From a virus: a DNA stretch of 64,000 nt. Under the pieces are notes generated by a model. That model saw only the letters and a program-made list of their open reading frames with translations, did not search any database and was not told the origin of the DNA. The stretch lies in IMG/VR virus record IMGVR_UViG_3300029605_000149, positions 7,564 to 71,563 of that record; one strand, 5' to 3'. A program made the translations under genes and the position numbers. This document shows positions 10,577 through 19,471 of this stretch, one piece after another (position 1 is the first letter of the stretch; the number at the start of each line of letters is the position of its first letter).

Positions 10577-12621
10577 TGGCAAGTAAGCATAAAGAAGCTG
10601 TTAAAAGGCAAAGAGAAGTTGCTTATGTACAAAAGAAAGAAGATAAAAAGACTGCCTTAGAAACAAAAAGTATAAATGATATCATACCGATTGTTGACAC
10701 ATTTAAAGGATGTTTTAAGCTCAAAGACGGTACCTTCATGGATATCGTACAAGTCAAATGTAAAGACCTTGTTAATGCATCCGAAAGTGATGTCAACTTT
10801 GATATGTACTCTCTTACAAAACTGTACAGAGCTTATACCGATGATTTAAAAATCATTTCTCTTAATTTCCCCACAAATACGAAATCACAACAGATTTATT
10901 TTCAGCACAAAATCAATCATACAGCTAACCCATTACTCAAAAACATACTCAATGAAAAATATGAAAAACTCGTTGATGATGAACTTCACAGCACAAATCG
11001 TGAGCATTACATTATGTACTTCGGTAAAACATATGAGAGGTTACTTAACAATCTCAATACTATTACCGCTTCATTGGGAACATCACTTGTTGAGTTATGT
11101 TCTATGTCTAAGAAAATACAGATGTTGTTCTCTGTCACTAATATGGCGTCGGTTGTATTTTATGACGACACCGCCGATAGAAGAATAAATCCGCCAAATA
11201 AAGAAGAACTTGTCGAAAAGTACGGATATAATCCGTATTTGTTGCAAGCTATACAGCCTATGGGCGGTATCAAGTTCTCAAATGATGATTATATCCGCAC
11301 CGGCGATGGATATGTGACCTGCTTGTATGTGTATGGCTATCCGAAAATTGTTGACAGACATTGGCTTAACACACTTTGCAACAACCGTGGTACTGTGACG
11401 ACCATTGATGTTACAACAGTTGATTCATACAATGTAAAAAAAGACCTAAGAAAGTCAATTGCGGAATATCGAGGAAGAGAGAGAACTGCAAAGAACACAC
11501 TTGACGCTATGGATGCCGCTGATAAAAGAGATGAACTCTCGACTCTTGTAAGAGATGTAAATTATGGTGAAGTAATCAAGAGAATGACTACACGAGTATT
11601 CCTTGCTGACACCAATTACGAAAATCTTATGAAAACCGTAAGATACTATAAGAAAAATGTATTCGAGGATAACGAGTATCAAGTAGCAATCAACCTCAAT
11701 GAAATGCAATATGAGTGGACATCAATGTTTAAATCATATTCTATGCAAAGTGCAGATTACTATTCAAGGCGAACAGGAAAAGCAATAGCTTCCTCGACGC
11801 TTGCCGGCGGTGATGCTTTTCATTTTACTTCTCTTAACGATGAATTTGGCTCCGATTTCGGACATACTCTCTCAAATGGTTATGACGGCAGAGTGTTGCT
11901 TGATATGTTTGAAGCAGGACAGTCAAGGTCATCATATAACTTTCTTTTGGTTGGCTTATCGGGTGTTGGTAAATCAACTCTTCTGAAAAAGATAATGGTT
12001 GACAGAGCAGCAAGAGGAGATTATCTGAGGGTAATTGATGTTGCAGGTGATTTCACTCAGGTGTGTCATTCTCTCGGCGGTAAGGTTGTATATCTTGACG
12101 GTAGTGACGGTGGCAGACTTAATCCTTTGCAGATTAATAAGGCAGATGATACTGATGCAGGTTCATATGATATGAATATCACCAAAATGGCTAATATATA
12201 CAGCTTTCTTGCTCCTGAAGCCTCTGATATTGAAAAGCGTATGTTCAAGAATATCTTGCACCAATTGTACAAACAGTTTGGAATTACTAAAGACACACCA
12301 AACCTTACAGAATTGCCGGCAAAGGCATATCCCCGTATGGAAGATATACTACCGATAATTGATTGGTACCTCAGTCAAATACAGCATGGCGAATTGCAGG
12401 AAGGTGCAATGTCTAAAGAGGAAATGCAGAATGAAGAAATGCGAACAATACTCTTGCACATCAAGCTTGTTATCGTAGATGTCATTCAGTCAAATGCAAA
12501 TATATTTAACAGCTATTCGGATATTGATAATCTTATTGACACGCAGGTTGTTGTTTATAATTTAAAAAAGCTTGATAAGAAAAATGATAACGAAGTGTTT
12601 GTCGCTTTTCGCACAAATTAA
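10576..12621 (+). CDS. VirB4/TrbE-family conjugative ATPase, N-terminal 675 codons; truncated by prophage insertion (last 6 codons plus stop are phage-end sequence)
   Basis: Walker A LLVGLSGVGKSTLLKK at about residue 455; Walker B and C-terminal motifs are found 32 kb downstream at 44612-45139 in the same codon phase. Confidence 0.75.
   Translation: MASKHKEAVKRQREVAYVQKKEDKKTALETKSINDIIPIVDTFKGCFKLKDGTFMDIVQVKCKDLVNASESDVNFDMYSLTKLYRAYTDDLKIISLNFPTNTKSQQIYFQHKINHTANPLLKNILNEKYEKLVDDELHSTNREHYIMYFGKTYERLLNNLNTITASLGTSLVELCSMSKKIQMLFSVTNMASVVFYDDTADRRINPPNKEELVEKYGYNPYLLQAIQPMGGIKFSNDDYIRTGDGYVTCLYVYGYPKIVDRHWLNTLCNNRGTVTTIDVTTVDSYNVKKDLRKSIAEYRGRERTAKNTLDAMDAADKRDELSTLVRDVNYGEVIKRMTTRVFLADTNYENLMKTVRYYKKNVFEDNEYQVAINLNEMQYEWTSMFKSYSMQSADYYSRRTGKAIASSTLAGGDAFHFTSLNDEFGSDFGHTLSNGYDGRVLLDMFEAGQSRSSYNFLLVGLSGVGKSTLLKKIMVDRAARGDYLRVIDVAGDFTQVCHSLGGKVVYLDGSDGGRLNPLQINKADDTDAGSYDMNITKMANIYSFLAPEASDIEKRMFKNILHQLYKQFGITKDTPNLTELPAKAYPRMEDILPIIDWYLSQIQHGELQEGAMSKEEMQNEEMRTILLHIKLVIVDVIQSNANIFNSYSDIDNLIDTQVVVYNLKKLDKKNDNEVFVAFRTN
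12595..12599. repeat. target-site duplication GTGTT (left copy)
   Basis: Identical 5 bp flank both ends of the inserted element; host codons gaa-gtg-ttt are shared. Confidence 0.6.
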
Positions 12622-12649
12622 AAAAACTTTTCGCACTAAATGAAAAAAA
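12600..12649 (+). repeat. phage right-end: terminal TGTCGC followed by two tandem 22-bp repeats TTTTCGCAC(A/T)AAT(T/G)AAAAAA(C/A), candidate transposase binding sites
   Basis: Read directly; other terminus (reverse complement of 44599-44611) is TGTAAGTTTTCGG, giving inverted repeat TGT-N3-TTTTCG. Confidence 0.5.
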
Positions 12650-12702
12650 TTGAATTAATCATTTTTGCATATTGTTGCAGAAATGTTTCCTACAAATAAA
12701 AA

Positions 12703-12737
12703 ACACCTTGCAGAGATTTCACTCATCTGCAAGGTGT
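12703..12737 (-). terminator. rho-independent terminator at end of phage late operon (overlaps last codons of XRE gene)
   Basis: ACACCTTGCAGA / TCTGCAAGGTGT 12-bp stem, followed on minus strand by T-run (12690-12702). Confidence 0.6.
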
Positions 12738-13000
12738 TTTGTGTTTTTATTATGCTTTTTTCTGTCCACGATAAGGTATTTACCGGTTTTCTTGATTTTA
12801 TTTGGTTGATATTCAAGAATATCGGATATATCACATTCAAGAACTTCACAAATTCTATCAAGGTGTTCTAAATTTATCCTGTCACACATTTCATTGTAGA
12901 TATCACAAATGGTAGAAGGACGAATACCAGTTTTTCTTGCAAGTTCCGCTTGCGACATACGATACTTACCTAATATTGTGGACAAATTGATCTTTACCAT
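12719..13000 (-). CDS. XRE-family HTH transcriptional regulator
   Basis: SQAELARKTGIRPSTICDI helix-turn-helix; 93 aa. Confidence 0.7.
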   Translation of the reverse strand: MVKINLSTILGKYRMSQAELARKTGIRPSTICDIYNEMCDRINLEHLDRICEVLECDISDILEYQPNKIKKTGKYLIVDRKKHNKNTKHLADE

Positions 13001-13054
13001 AATAACGCCCCGATGATTATTATATCAGTAAGCGTTAATTATTGCTCATACTTG

Positions 13055-13840
13055 TTAATTCATAACAAAGTTCGTTATGATAACTTCTTTGAACTCCACA
13101 CAATTATCGGGGGTTGCAGGGAGTAGATTTTGCCTACTTACGCACTTTATATTGTAACCTTTATACAAGTCACGAATGAAATCGCAATCGTTATAGGATA
13201 GGATAAAACGCCCTTTAATCCCCTTTAAAACGGCATTTAAACGGATATGGTCATCCTTATTAAACTTACTGTAATTGCGGTTATAGTAGCGTTCCGAGGC
13301 TACATATGGCGGATCTACATAGAACAAGGCAGATTCTCTGTCATATGTTTTTATGAGGTCTTCAAAGTCTCTATTTTCAACGATTACACTTTTTAATCGC
13401 TCCTTGTATTTCGGGAGTTCAGAAACAATGTTATCAATCGTTTTAGGCGCAGTTGCGAACGAATAGCGATTACTGCCGAAACTGCATTTGATTAAGTAAA
13501 GATACCTTGCCGCTCTTTGCAGGTCAGTAAGCTCAACCTGATTCTCAATCTCATAGCGATATTGCGAAAACAACTCACGAGATTGTAACCAGTCAACTTC
13601 TTTTTGAAGTGCTGAACAGTTGTTTTTTATTTGCTTATAAAGGTTAATCAGGTCACCGTCAATGTCGTTAAATACCTCAATTTGACCTTTGATTTTATCC
13701 TTACCGAATAAGACCCAGCCTGCACCGCCACACACCTCTATGTAGCGGTTACAGTCACCGGGAATAAGTGAAATAATCTGATTTTTAAGATGACTTTTGC
13801 CACCAATCCAGCCGATAAAGCTACGCATTTTTACCTCCAT
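13055..13840 (-). CDS. dam: DNA adenine methyltransferase (Dam/MethyltransfD12 family), orphan
   Basis: IGWIGGKS, EVCGGAGWV, NDIDGDLINLY and DPPY motifs; no adjacent restriction endonuclease. Confidence 0.9.
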   Translation of the reverse strand: MEVKMRSFIGWIGGKSHLKNQIISLIPGDCNRYIEVCGGAGWVLFGKDKIKGQIEVFNDIDGDLINLYKQIKNNCSALQKEVDWLQSRELFSQYRYEIENQVELTDLQRAARYLYLIKCSFGSNRYSFATAPKTIDNIVSELPKYKERLKSVIVENRDFEDLIKTYDRESALFYVDPPYVASERYYNRNYSKFNKDDHIRLNAVLKGIKGRFILSYNDCDFIRDLYKGYNIKCVSRQNLLPATPDNCVEFKEVIITNFVMN

Positions 13841-13878
13841 AATAACTTTTTTTAGGGGCGTTATTATGGATCAAAAAA

Positions 13879-14808
13879 TCACTTTAAAAACTTGCGGTCA
13901 ACAAATACAATGCTGTTGCTCTTTGGGTAGGCAATTTCTGCCATTCCTGCATTTTTACCCCTTTCTACAATGTAACGCACGGTTACTCTTGTACCTTTAG
14001 GGATTATGCCAAATTTAACTTTCTTGTCGGGGTGTGTATAAATATTAGCGGTTGCGTTTGCTGTCATTTTTGGGTATTTTGATAATGATGAATTATTATT
14101 GATTCTCGTATTCTGTACAAATCCCGTTTTGTTTTTGTACTTAATTTTACTCCAACCATAGCCATCATCATAAATATGTGTAATGCTTGAATTTTTAGGC
14201 ATTATACAAATATTTTTGCAATCACCATAGGCATACGCTTTTGATTTGAGTTTACTCTCCGTTGTAATCTTATTATGAGCGACAGATGCGTTTGCTTTAT
14301 ATGTAACGCCAAAAGCTGTGCATAAGCCTTTACAAATAGCTTCGCCGAGTTTTGTGGTATTGTTGATAATCCACTTTGCAAGATTTGAACTGTCATGAAA
14401 TTCACATTCACAATATACGCATTTGGCGTGTGTTGAATTAATCTCAGCAAGTTCATTTTTTGAAATGCCTCTACCTACACCTGTGAGCTTTACAAGTTCG
14501 TTGTAAACCGGCTGTGCGTACTTGAGATTTTCCGCAGAACGGTTATAAACAAATACATTTGTACCCTTGCCGCCACCAGCGTTTGTATGGATACAAACAT
14601 GGACATCAGCTCCAAAGTTATTACTTTCAGAAATTGATGTGTACATATTCTGACCTTTCGGAGCACGCTTTACAGTAAATCCGCAACGCTTCAAGGCGGT
14701 TTCTGCTGCAATTGCAATCTTATTGCATTGTTCCATTTCTGTGGTATTGCCGTATGCGTATGAATTTGCATACTGATTTGACGGGCTGAGATAGATTTTC
14801 TTTGCCAT
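13879..14808 (-). CDS. endolysin, N-acetylmuramoyl-L-alanine amidase with C-terminal cell-wall-binding domain
   Basis: Amidase_3-like motif VHVCIHTNAGGGKGTNVFVY; adjacent to holin. Confidence 0.8.
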   Translation of the reverse strand: MAKKIYLSPSNQYANSYAYGNTTEMEQCNKIAIAAETALKRCGFTVKRAPKGQNMYTSISESNNFGADVHVCIHTNAGGGKGTNVFVYNRSAENLKYAQPVYNELVKLTGVGRGISKNELAEINSTHAKCVYCECEFHDSSNLAKWIINNTTKLGEAICKGLCTAFGVTYKANASVAHNKITTESKLKSKAYAYGDCKNICIMPKNSSITHIYDDGYGWSKIKYKNKTGFVQNTRINNNSSLSKYPKMTANATANIYTHPDKKVKFGIIPKGTRVTVRYIVERGKNAGMAEIAYPKSNSIVFVDRKFLK

Positions 14809-14829
14809 TACTATTCCTCGCTTTCATTG

Positions 14830-15030
14830 TTATTCGTTTCTGTTGGCATCAACCATGCCTTCGCCGATGATATATGCAATCATCGTACCTGCGGACATAA
14901 TAATTGATGTAACCTGTGCAGTTTCGGTTTCTGTTACTCCAAATCCCATAAGGAGTGCTGTAACAAAACCGATTACCGCTGCCCAAAATTTCCTGCTTGT
15001 TAATTTCTGTTTCCAGTTGATTTTCTTCAT
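14830..15030 (-). CDS. holin
   Basis: 66 aa, two TM helices, charged C-terminus, immediately upstream of endolysin. Confidence 0.7.
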   Translation of the reverse strand: MKKINWKQKLTSRKFWAAVIGFVTALLMGFGVTETETAQVTSIIMSAGTMIAYIIGEGMVDANRNE

Positions 15031-15284
15031 TATGTTTCCTCGCTTTCTTCTATCATCGGATCATCTACAGTAGGGTTATCACCCCACACAGCGATGACCG
15101 CATTATAGTAATCGTCAGACTAAGACTCCTTAATGAGTGCTCTGCCTGACGGACTGTTTTCATATGCATTGCGGATATTGTTCGTGTAAAATTTCTCACC
15201 ATCAATATCAAAGTATTGTTTTTTATGATTGACACGCTGTCCTTTGTGAGCATATCAAGTGTGATTTTTTTCTTTAAGTTCCAT
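15030..15284 (-). pseudogene. protein-like reading frame with two in-frame stops (TGA, TAG) ending in TAATG overlap with holin start
   Basis: Frame reads MELKEKNHT*YAHKGQRVNHKKQYFDIDGEKFYTNNIRNAYENSPSGRALIKES*SDDYYNAVIAVWGDNPTVDDPMIEESEET; strong RBS AAAGGAGA before ATG at 15284. Confidence 0.3.
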
Positions 15285-15336
15285 TTTTAAATTCTCCTTT
15301 ATTTAATTTTGTACAAGCAAATCACATTTAAAAATT

Positions 15337-17355
15337 TTACTGTCCGGTGGTAAAGTCTTTAAAATAATCGTAATAATCAACTACGCAACGACAAAAAAGT
15401 CTTTCATTTGCTTTTGCCATACCAGCGTATAAAGGTGCTGTCGGGTGATTATAAGACTGCCCCGTCTTATAAATGCTGTCTTTTGCATAAAAAGCGTCAT
15501 CCTTAATGTTTATGAAAGGTATATTGTAATGATTTGCAATATTTTTTATGGCAGCAGTAAAACTATCCTCCGTAGCGTTATATAAATACGCCATAGACAT
15601 TAGCACAATTTTTGACTTTGGAGCGTGTTCTTTGATTTGTTCGATAATTTTTCCGTAATTGCCGTAAAAAGTGTCAGGATAATCGGAATAGGACTCATGA
15701 TTTGTGATGTCTTCGATTGTGCCTAAGTACGAAGCTCCGAGAGAAATTTCGTCATTAATACCTAAGACACACAGATATAACTCTTGTGGTTTCTCCGCAA
15801 GCATTTTGGCAAGTCCATGAGAATTGGTAAGCCATGTTCGGGTTGTAAGACCACCTACGGACAAATTTATGCAGGTGGCGCCGTACTTTCTCGCTAAAAT
15901 CTGACCCCACGATTTTTGGAAATAATCTGCTACAGTATATCCTTTACTCTGTGAAGGGTCAGCAACATAAATTTCACCGCTTGCATATGAATCACCTATA
16001 ACTGCAAATTTTTCAAAAAATCCAAAATCAATCGGAATTTTTTCCTCATGATTTTCAAAATCTGATTTCGATACGCTTTCAAAAATGTAGCAATTCTTTT
16101 TAATAAGGAATCCTGTTCCTGTGCCTTGTAGTCTTGTGCCGTCAGCAATCCCCGAAAAATCATAATCAAATCGCATAATAGCACCAGGCACGATTGCGGA
16201 TAAATCAACAGTTATAGTGCCAGCTTCTTCGGTAACTCTTACACCTTTGACAAGATTTGCTGTAGCACCTGTATCGTCTGTTGTGTAGATATATAATAAA
16301 TTTGTATCATCGCCCTTATAATGTCGATTAAAATTACTGATAAGTAAACGAGCATCGGTGTGATTCATGCCAACTATCTGTACATTGGAAACGATTTTGT
16401 CTGCTTTTCCAGTCAATTCAAAACTCGAAATCTTGTTTGCTATATTTGAATCCATTTCTTCTTTGGCTTTGTCAAGCAGATAATCGAGTCTTGTATTTCC
16501 ATAACACCATTCAGAGCAAAGTACATAACTTTTGTCAAACTGCACATCAGTATTATAAGGAATTTCATCCCAATTTACTGTCATCGTAATAGTCTTATCT
16601 AAATTTGAGTAAGTTGCATACCCCGTTATGTCAGAATCAACATTGGCATATAGTTTCGCAGTCGATAATGCACCGTTTTCAACTAAATAAAGTACGATAG
16701 TGTTTTTTGTGGATGTTCGCTTGACGTAACCTATAGCAATAGTGCTCCCATCTGTAACACGAATGTCTTTAATCGCATACATCCATTCATAGGGATATGA
16801 TTCAAAGACCTGTAAGCCCAGATTTGTTAAATGACACTTCAACTCGTTTATTAAGTTATTTATAATAGCTGTAAGAACTTTGTTCTGTACAGGATTAACG
16901 CTCTTAGCATCCAGTGCAGTATCGGTAAGCACAGCTCCACTCTCGGTCAGAGCAATGACACGGGACAATATGTCTAATAATTCGGGATAATAGTCAGAGG
17001 TAGTGATGTCACCGTCATAATCGCTGTGGGTGTTAATTACAAACGGTTGAGTAGAGTAGGTGTGAGTGCCGTCTGTAAGCACAATTTTAGCTATAGTCCT
17101 GCCGGCAGATGAAAGCATAGCTTTATCTGTAGTTACAGTAACAATATTTTTTGCTACTGTAGCATTTACAGCAAAATAGTTACTGCCGCTTTTACCTTTG
17201 CATACAGCTGTTGCACCAGTTGCATCGTAAGCCTCGCCATCAGCGGTAAGGTTAATTTTAATCTGTCTGCCAATGTCATATTGCCCTGCTGAGATTACTA
17301 TGGGAGTAGCCTGACAGTTTAAATCAAGCGTAATTTTAGCAACATATTCATTCAT
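15337..17355 (-). CDS. tail fibre / receptor-binding protein with C-terminal SGNH (GDSL) hydrolase domain
   Basis: GDSYASG (block I) and GINDE (block III) motifs in C-terminal third; position after Tal. Confidence 0.7.
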   Translation of the reverse strand: MNEYVAKITLDLNCQATPIVISAGQYDIGRQIKINLTADGEAYDATGATAVCKGKSGSNYFAVNATVAKNIVTVTTDKAMLSSAGRTIAKIVLTDGTHTYSTQPFVINTHSDYDGDITTSDYYPELLDILSRVIALTESGAVLTDTALDAKSVNPVQNKVLTAIINNLINELKCHLTNLGLQVFESYPYEWMYAIKDIRVTDGSTIAIGYVKRTSTKNTIVLYLVENGALSTAKLYANVDSDITGYATYSNLDKTITMTVNWDEIPYNTDVQFDKSYVLCSEWCYGNTRLDYLLDKAKEEMDSNIANKISSFELTGKADKIVSNVQIVGMNHTDARLLISNFNRHYKGDDTNLLYIYTTDDTGATANLVKGVRVTEEAGTITVDLSAIVPGAIMRFDYDFSGIADGTRLQGTGTGFLIKKNCYIFESVSKSDFENHEEKIPIDFGFFEKFAVIGDSYASGEIYVADPSQSKGYTVADYFQKSWGQILARKYGATCINLSVGGLTTRTWLTNSHGLAKMLAEKPQELYLCVLGINDEISLGASYLGTIEDITNHESYSDYPDTFYGNYGKIIEQIKEHAPKSKIVLMSMAYLYNATEDSFTAAIKNIANHYNIPFINIKDDAFYAKDSIYKTGQSYNHPTAPLYAGMAKANERLFCRCVVDYYDYFKDFTTGQ

Positions 17356-17620
17356 CGGCGTGCTCCTTTTCCGTTGTTGTAGCTTCGCCTGTGAGTTCTG
17401 CGATTACCTGTGATTTGATATCCACAAGCACTGATGACATTATGCCGTCAATAAGGCTTGCCGGGAAGCCGTATTTACTTACAATTGCATTAACGGCGGC
17501 AATAAGTTCAGACCGTGCTGATTGTAATGCTAATGGACTAAGTTTCGTCTGCATTTTTATCCTCCTTTGAGTGAATTTCTTCAGACCGTTCTGCCGGTCT
17601 TGATTTATCCGTTTCGGCAA
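17348..17620 (-). CDS. hypothetical tail-associated protein
   Basis: 90-aa ORF coupled between Tal and fibre. Confidence 0.4.
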   Translation of the reverse strand: MPKRINQDRQNGLKKFTQRRIKMQTKLSPLALQSARSELIAAVNAIVSKYGFPASLIDGIMSSVLVDIKSQVIAELTGEATTTEKEHADE

Positions 17621-17660
17621 TTTCCTTCGTATTGATTATGTAATCCATTTTAATTACCTC

Positions 17661-19463
17661 CTAAGCAGTTAACGATTGAAGAATGCCATTTTTGAAGGTC
17701 ATTTTAAACTCTTTCCAAGTTGCTGCTGTACCATTGCTGTTAAATGATGTTACATAATAACCCGAAAAAGTGTCTGTAATAGAGCCGCCTTTAAAGCCCC
17801 AATCATTCAAAATAGCGTTGTGTAAATAATGATTCCGCAAGTTAAGGTCACAACCTGTGTGTAACTGATTGGCTTCAAGCGAACCGATTTTTTGAGCGGC
17901 ATATGTAAAAATAAGAGTGTATGAAGAATCAGTTGATTTCATACGATAACACCAATCCATAAATGCCGAACCGTTTTCAAGGTTAAACGAAAGGTCACGC
18001 TTTGAAGTATCAGAAGCATAACAACCGGTACCTATGTAACCTACCTTAGTGCCTTTGTAGTAAAAATTTTGACCTACCGAATTTAACGACATTAGCTTTT
18101 TGCCGTTATTATCAAAAATATCATGTCCTGTTGATGACAAGCTCATCAGCTTTGTGTTCTGGAAATTGTACACATTTAGCTGTGAATTTTCAAATTTTAT
18201 GTAATTTGAAATTTTGTTCCAAGCAATTTTGATGTCATCGGCAGATTGTTGGAGAAGAGTACCCCACCTGTCCGAACCGACAACCTTGTTTACTTCAAAA
18301 AATAATCCCTCGGCGGTTTGTGTAATCACCGAACTGTTGAGCGAACTTGCCCACGAATCGGACACATGAAGAACGGTTGTGTCTAAGTCCTGTTTAATCT
18401 CATTTACCTTGTTATGGTCGTGCAAAGTTTGTGCATCAAGAGCAGTAACCTTGTTTTGCAAGGTCTGCAACTTCCCTGTTACTTTGGCGGGCACAGTTGA
18501 TAAAGTAACCGTGTTAAGTGTTGGATCTGCAGGGTACTCTTTAATCTCTACAATGCGGTGGTCAATCCTTGTCTTGCGTTTACGGTCAATCAGAGTAACC
18601 ACATCGTATAAATCAAAGGCAAGCACATCACCGTATGTGTCGGGCAATGTTTTTGCAAGGTCAATAACCTTAGCTGTGTAGGATTGCTCCGGCACAGCAA
18701 GCACGGCAAGTTTTGCTTTTGCATCGTCAAGCAAAGTTTGCTTGTTTGTATAGCGTTCGTCTCGCCATATAGCTGATATGACCTTGTCGGTATAGCTATG
18801 ATTTTCAATGTAATTTTTGCCATTGTTTAGGCTGGCTATACTTAAATTATCTTTACCGTATGGATAAAGTCTTGTAACCAAACTTGTGGTACTGCCTTTG
18901 TAAGTCATATCGCTCAAATTAAGCTCATCGGTAAAGTAAGTGCCTGTCGGCTCGGTGTTGTTGTACGGCTTGATGCAGTAAATAACCTTGTTAATTGTGT
19001 CAAAACGATAGCGAGTGTTATACGCCGTCGAGTTTTGGCAATAATCGAGGATGTCAAGCGTGGTTACATCAGTCAGCTCAAGCGTTCGGCGAGCTGACAC
19101 AAGGTCGGCATCAACTATAGTCCAACCTGTTCCTTTTAAAATCTCCGAACATACGCTTGCAAAGCTAACGGTGCTTTTGTTGTAAGTAGGGTAAACATTA
19201 TAATTAAGTCCCGTGAGGTCAAGCTCACAGGTTATCGTGCTTACTGTTTTACGCTCGTTAATGCCGTTGATAAGATAACGCTGTCCGTCATACTCGACCG
19301 TACCATACAAAACAAAGTATCTGTACAACTCATGGTCAGGCGATATATCAAACTGTAATGACATCAAACCGTCCTCTGAACGAGTACGAAAAAAGGTATT
19401 ATCAATGTCACGATACACCTTAATATCATCACCGTAAAATACCTTTAAAAACATCTTAAACAC
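17661..19463 (-). CDS. tail-associated lysin-like (Tal) / prophage tail endopeptidase family protein
   Basis: 600 aa immediately after Dit in canonical siphovirus order. Confidence 0.6.
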   Translation of the reverse strand: MFKMFLKVFYGDDIKVYRDIDNTFFRTRSEDGLMSLQFDISPDHELYRYFVLYGTVEYDGQRYLINGINERKTVSTITCELDLTGLNYNVYPTYNKSTVSFASVCSEILKGTGWTIVDADLVSARRTLELTDVTTLDILDYCQNSTAYNTRYRFDTINKVIYCIKPYNNTEPTGTYFTDELNLSDMTYKGSTTSLVTRLYPYGKDNLSIASLNNGKNYIENHSYTDKVISAIWRDERYTNKQTLLDDAKAKLAVLAVPEQSYTAKVIDLAKTLPDTYGDVLAFDLYDVVTLIDRKRKTRIDHRIVEIKEYPADPTLNTVTLSTVPAKVTGKLQTLQNKVTALDAQTLHDHNKVNEIKQDLDTTVLHVSDSWASSLNSSVITQTAEGLFFEVNKVVGSDRWGTLLQQSADDIKIAWNKISNYIKFENSQLNVYNFQNTKLMSLSSTGHDIFDNNGKKLMSLNSVGQNFYYKGTKVGYIGTGCYASDTSKRDLSFNLENGSAFMDWCYRMKSTDSSYTLIFTYAAQKIGSLEANQLHTGCDLNLRNHYLHNAILNDWGFKGGSITDTFSGYYVTSFNSNGTAATWKEFKMTFKNGILQSLTA

Positions 19464-19471
19464 CTCCTAAA

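Noticed and set aside
15065-15253. 62-aa ORF from the track upstream of the holin
   Set aside because: Low-complexity product. An alternative frame with RBS and TAATG coupling reads as a real protein but with two in-frame stops (reported as a possible pseudogene instead).
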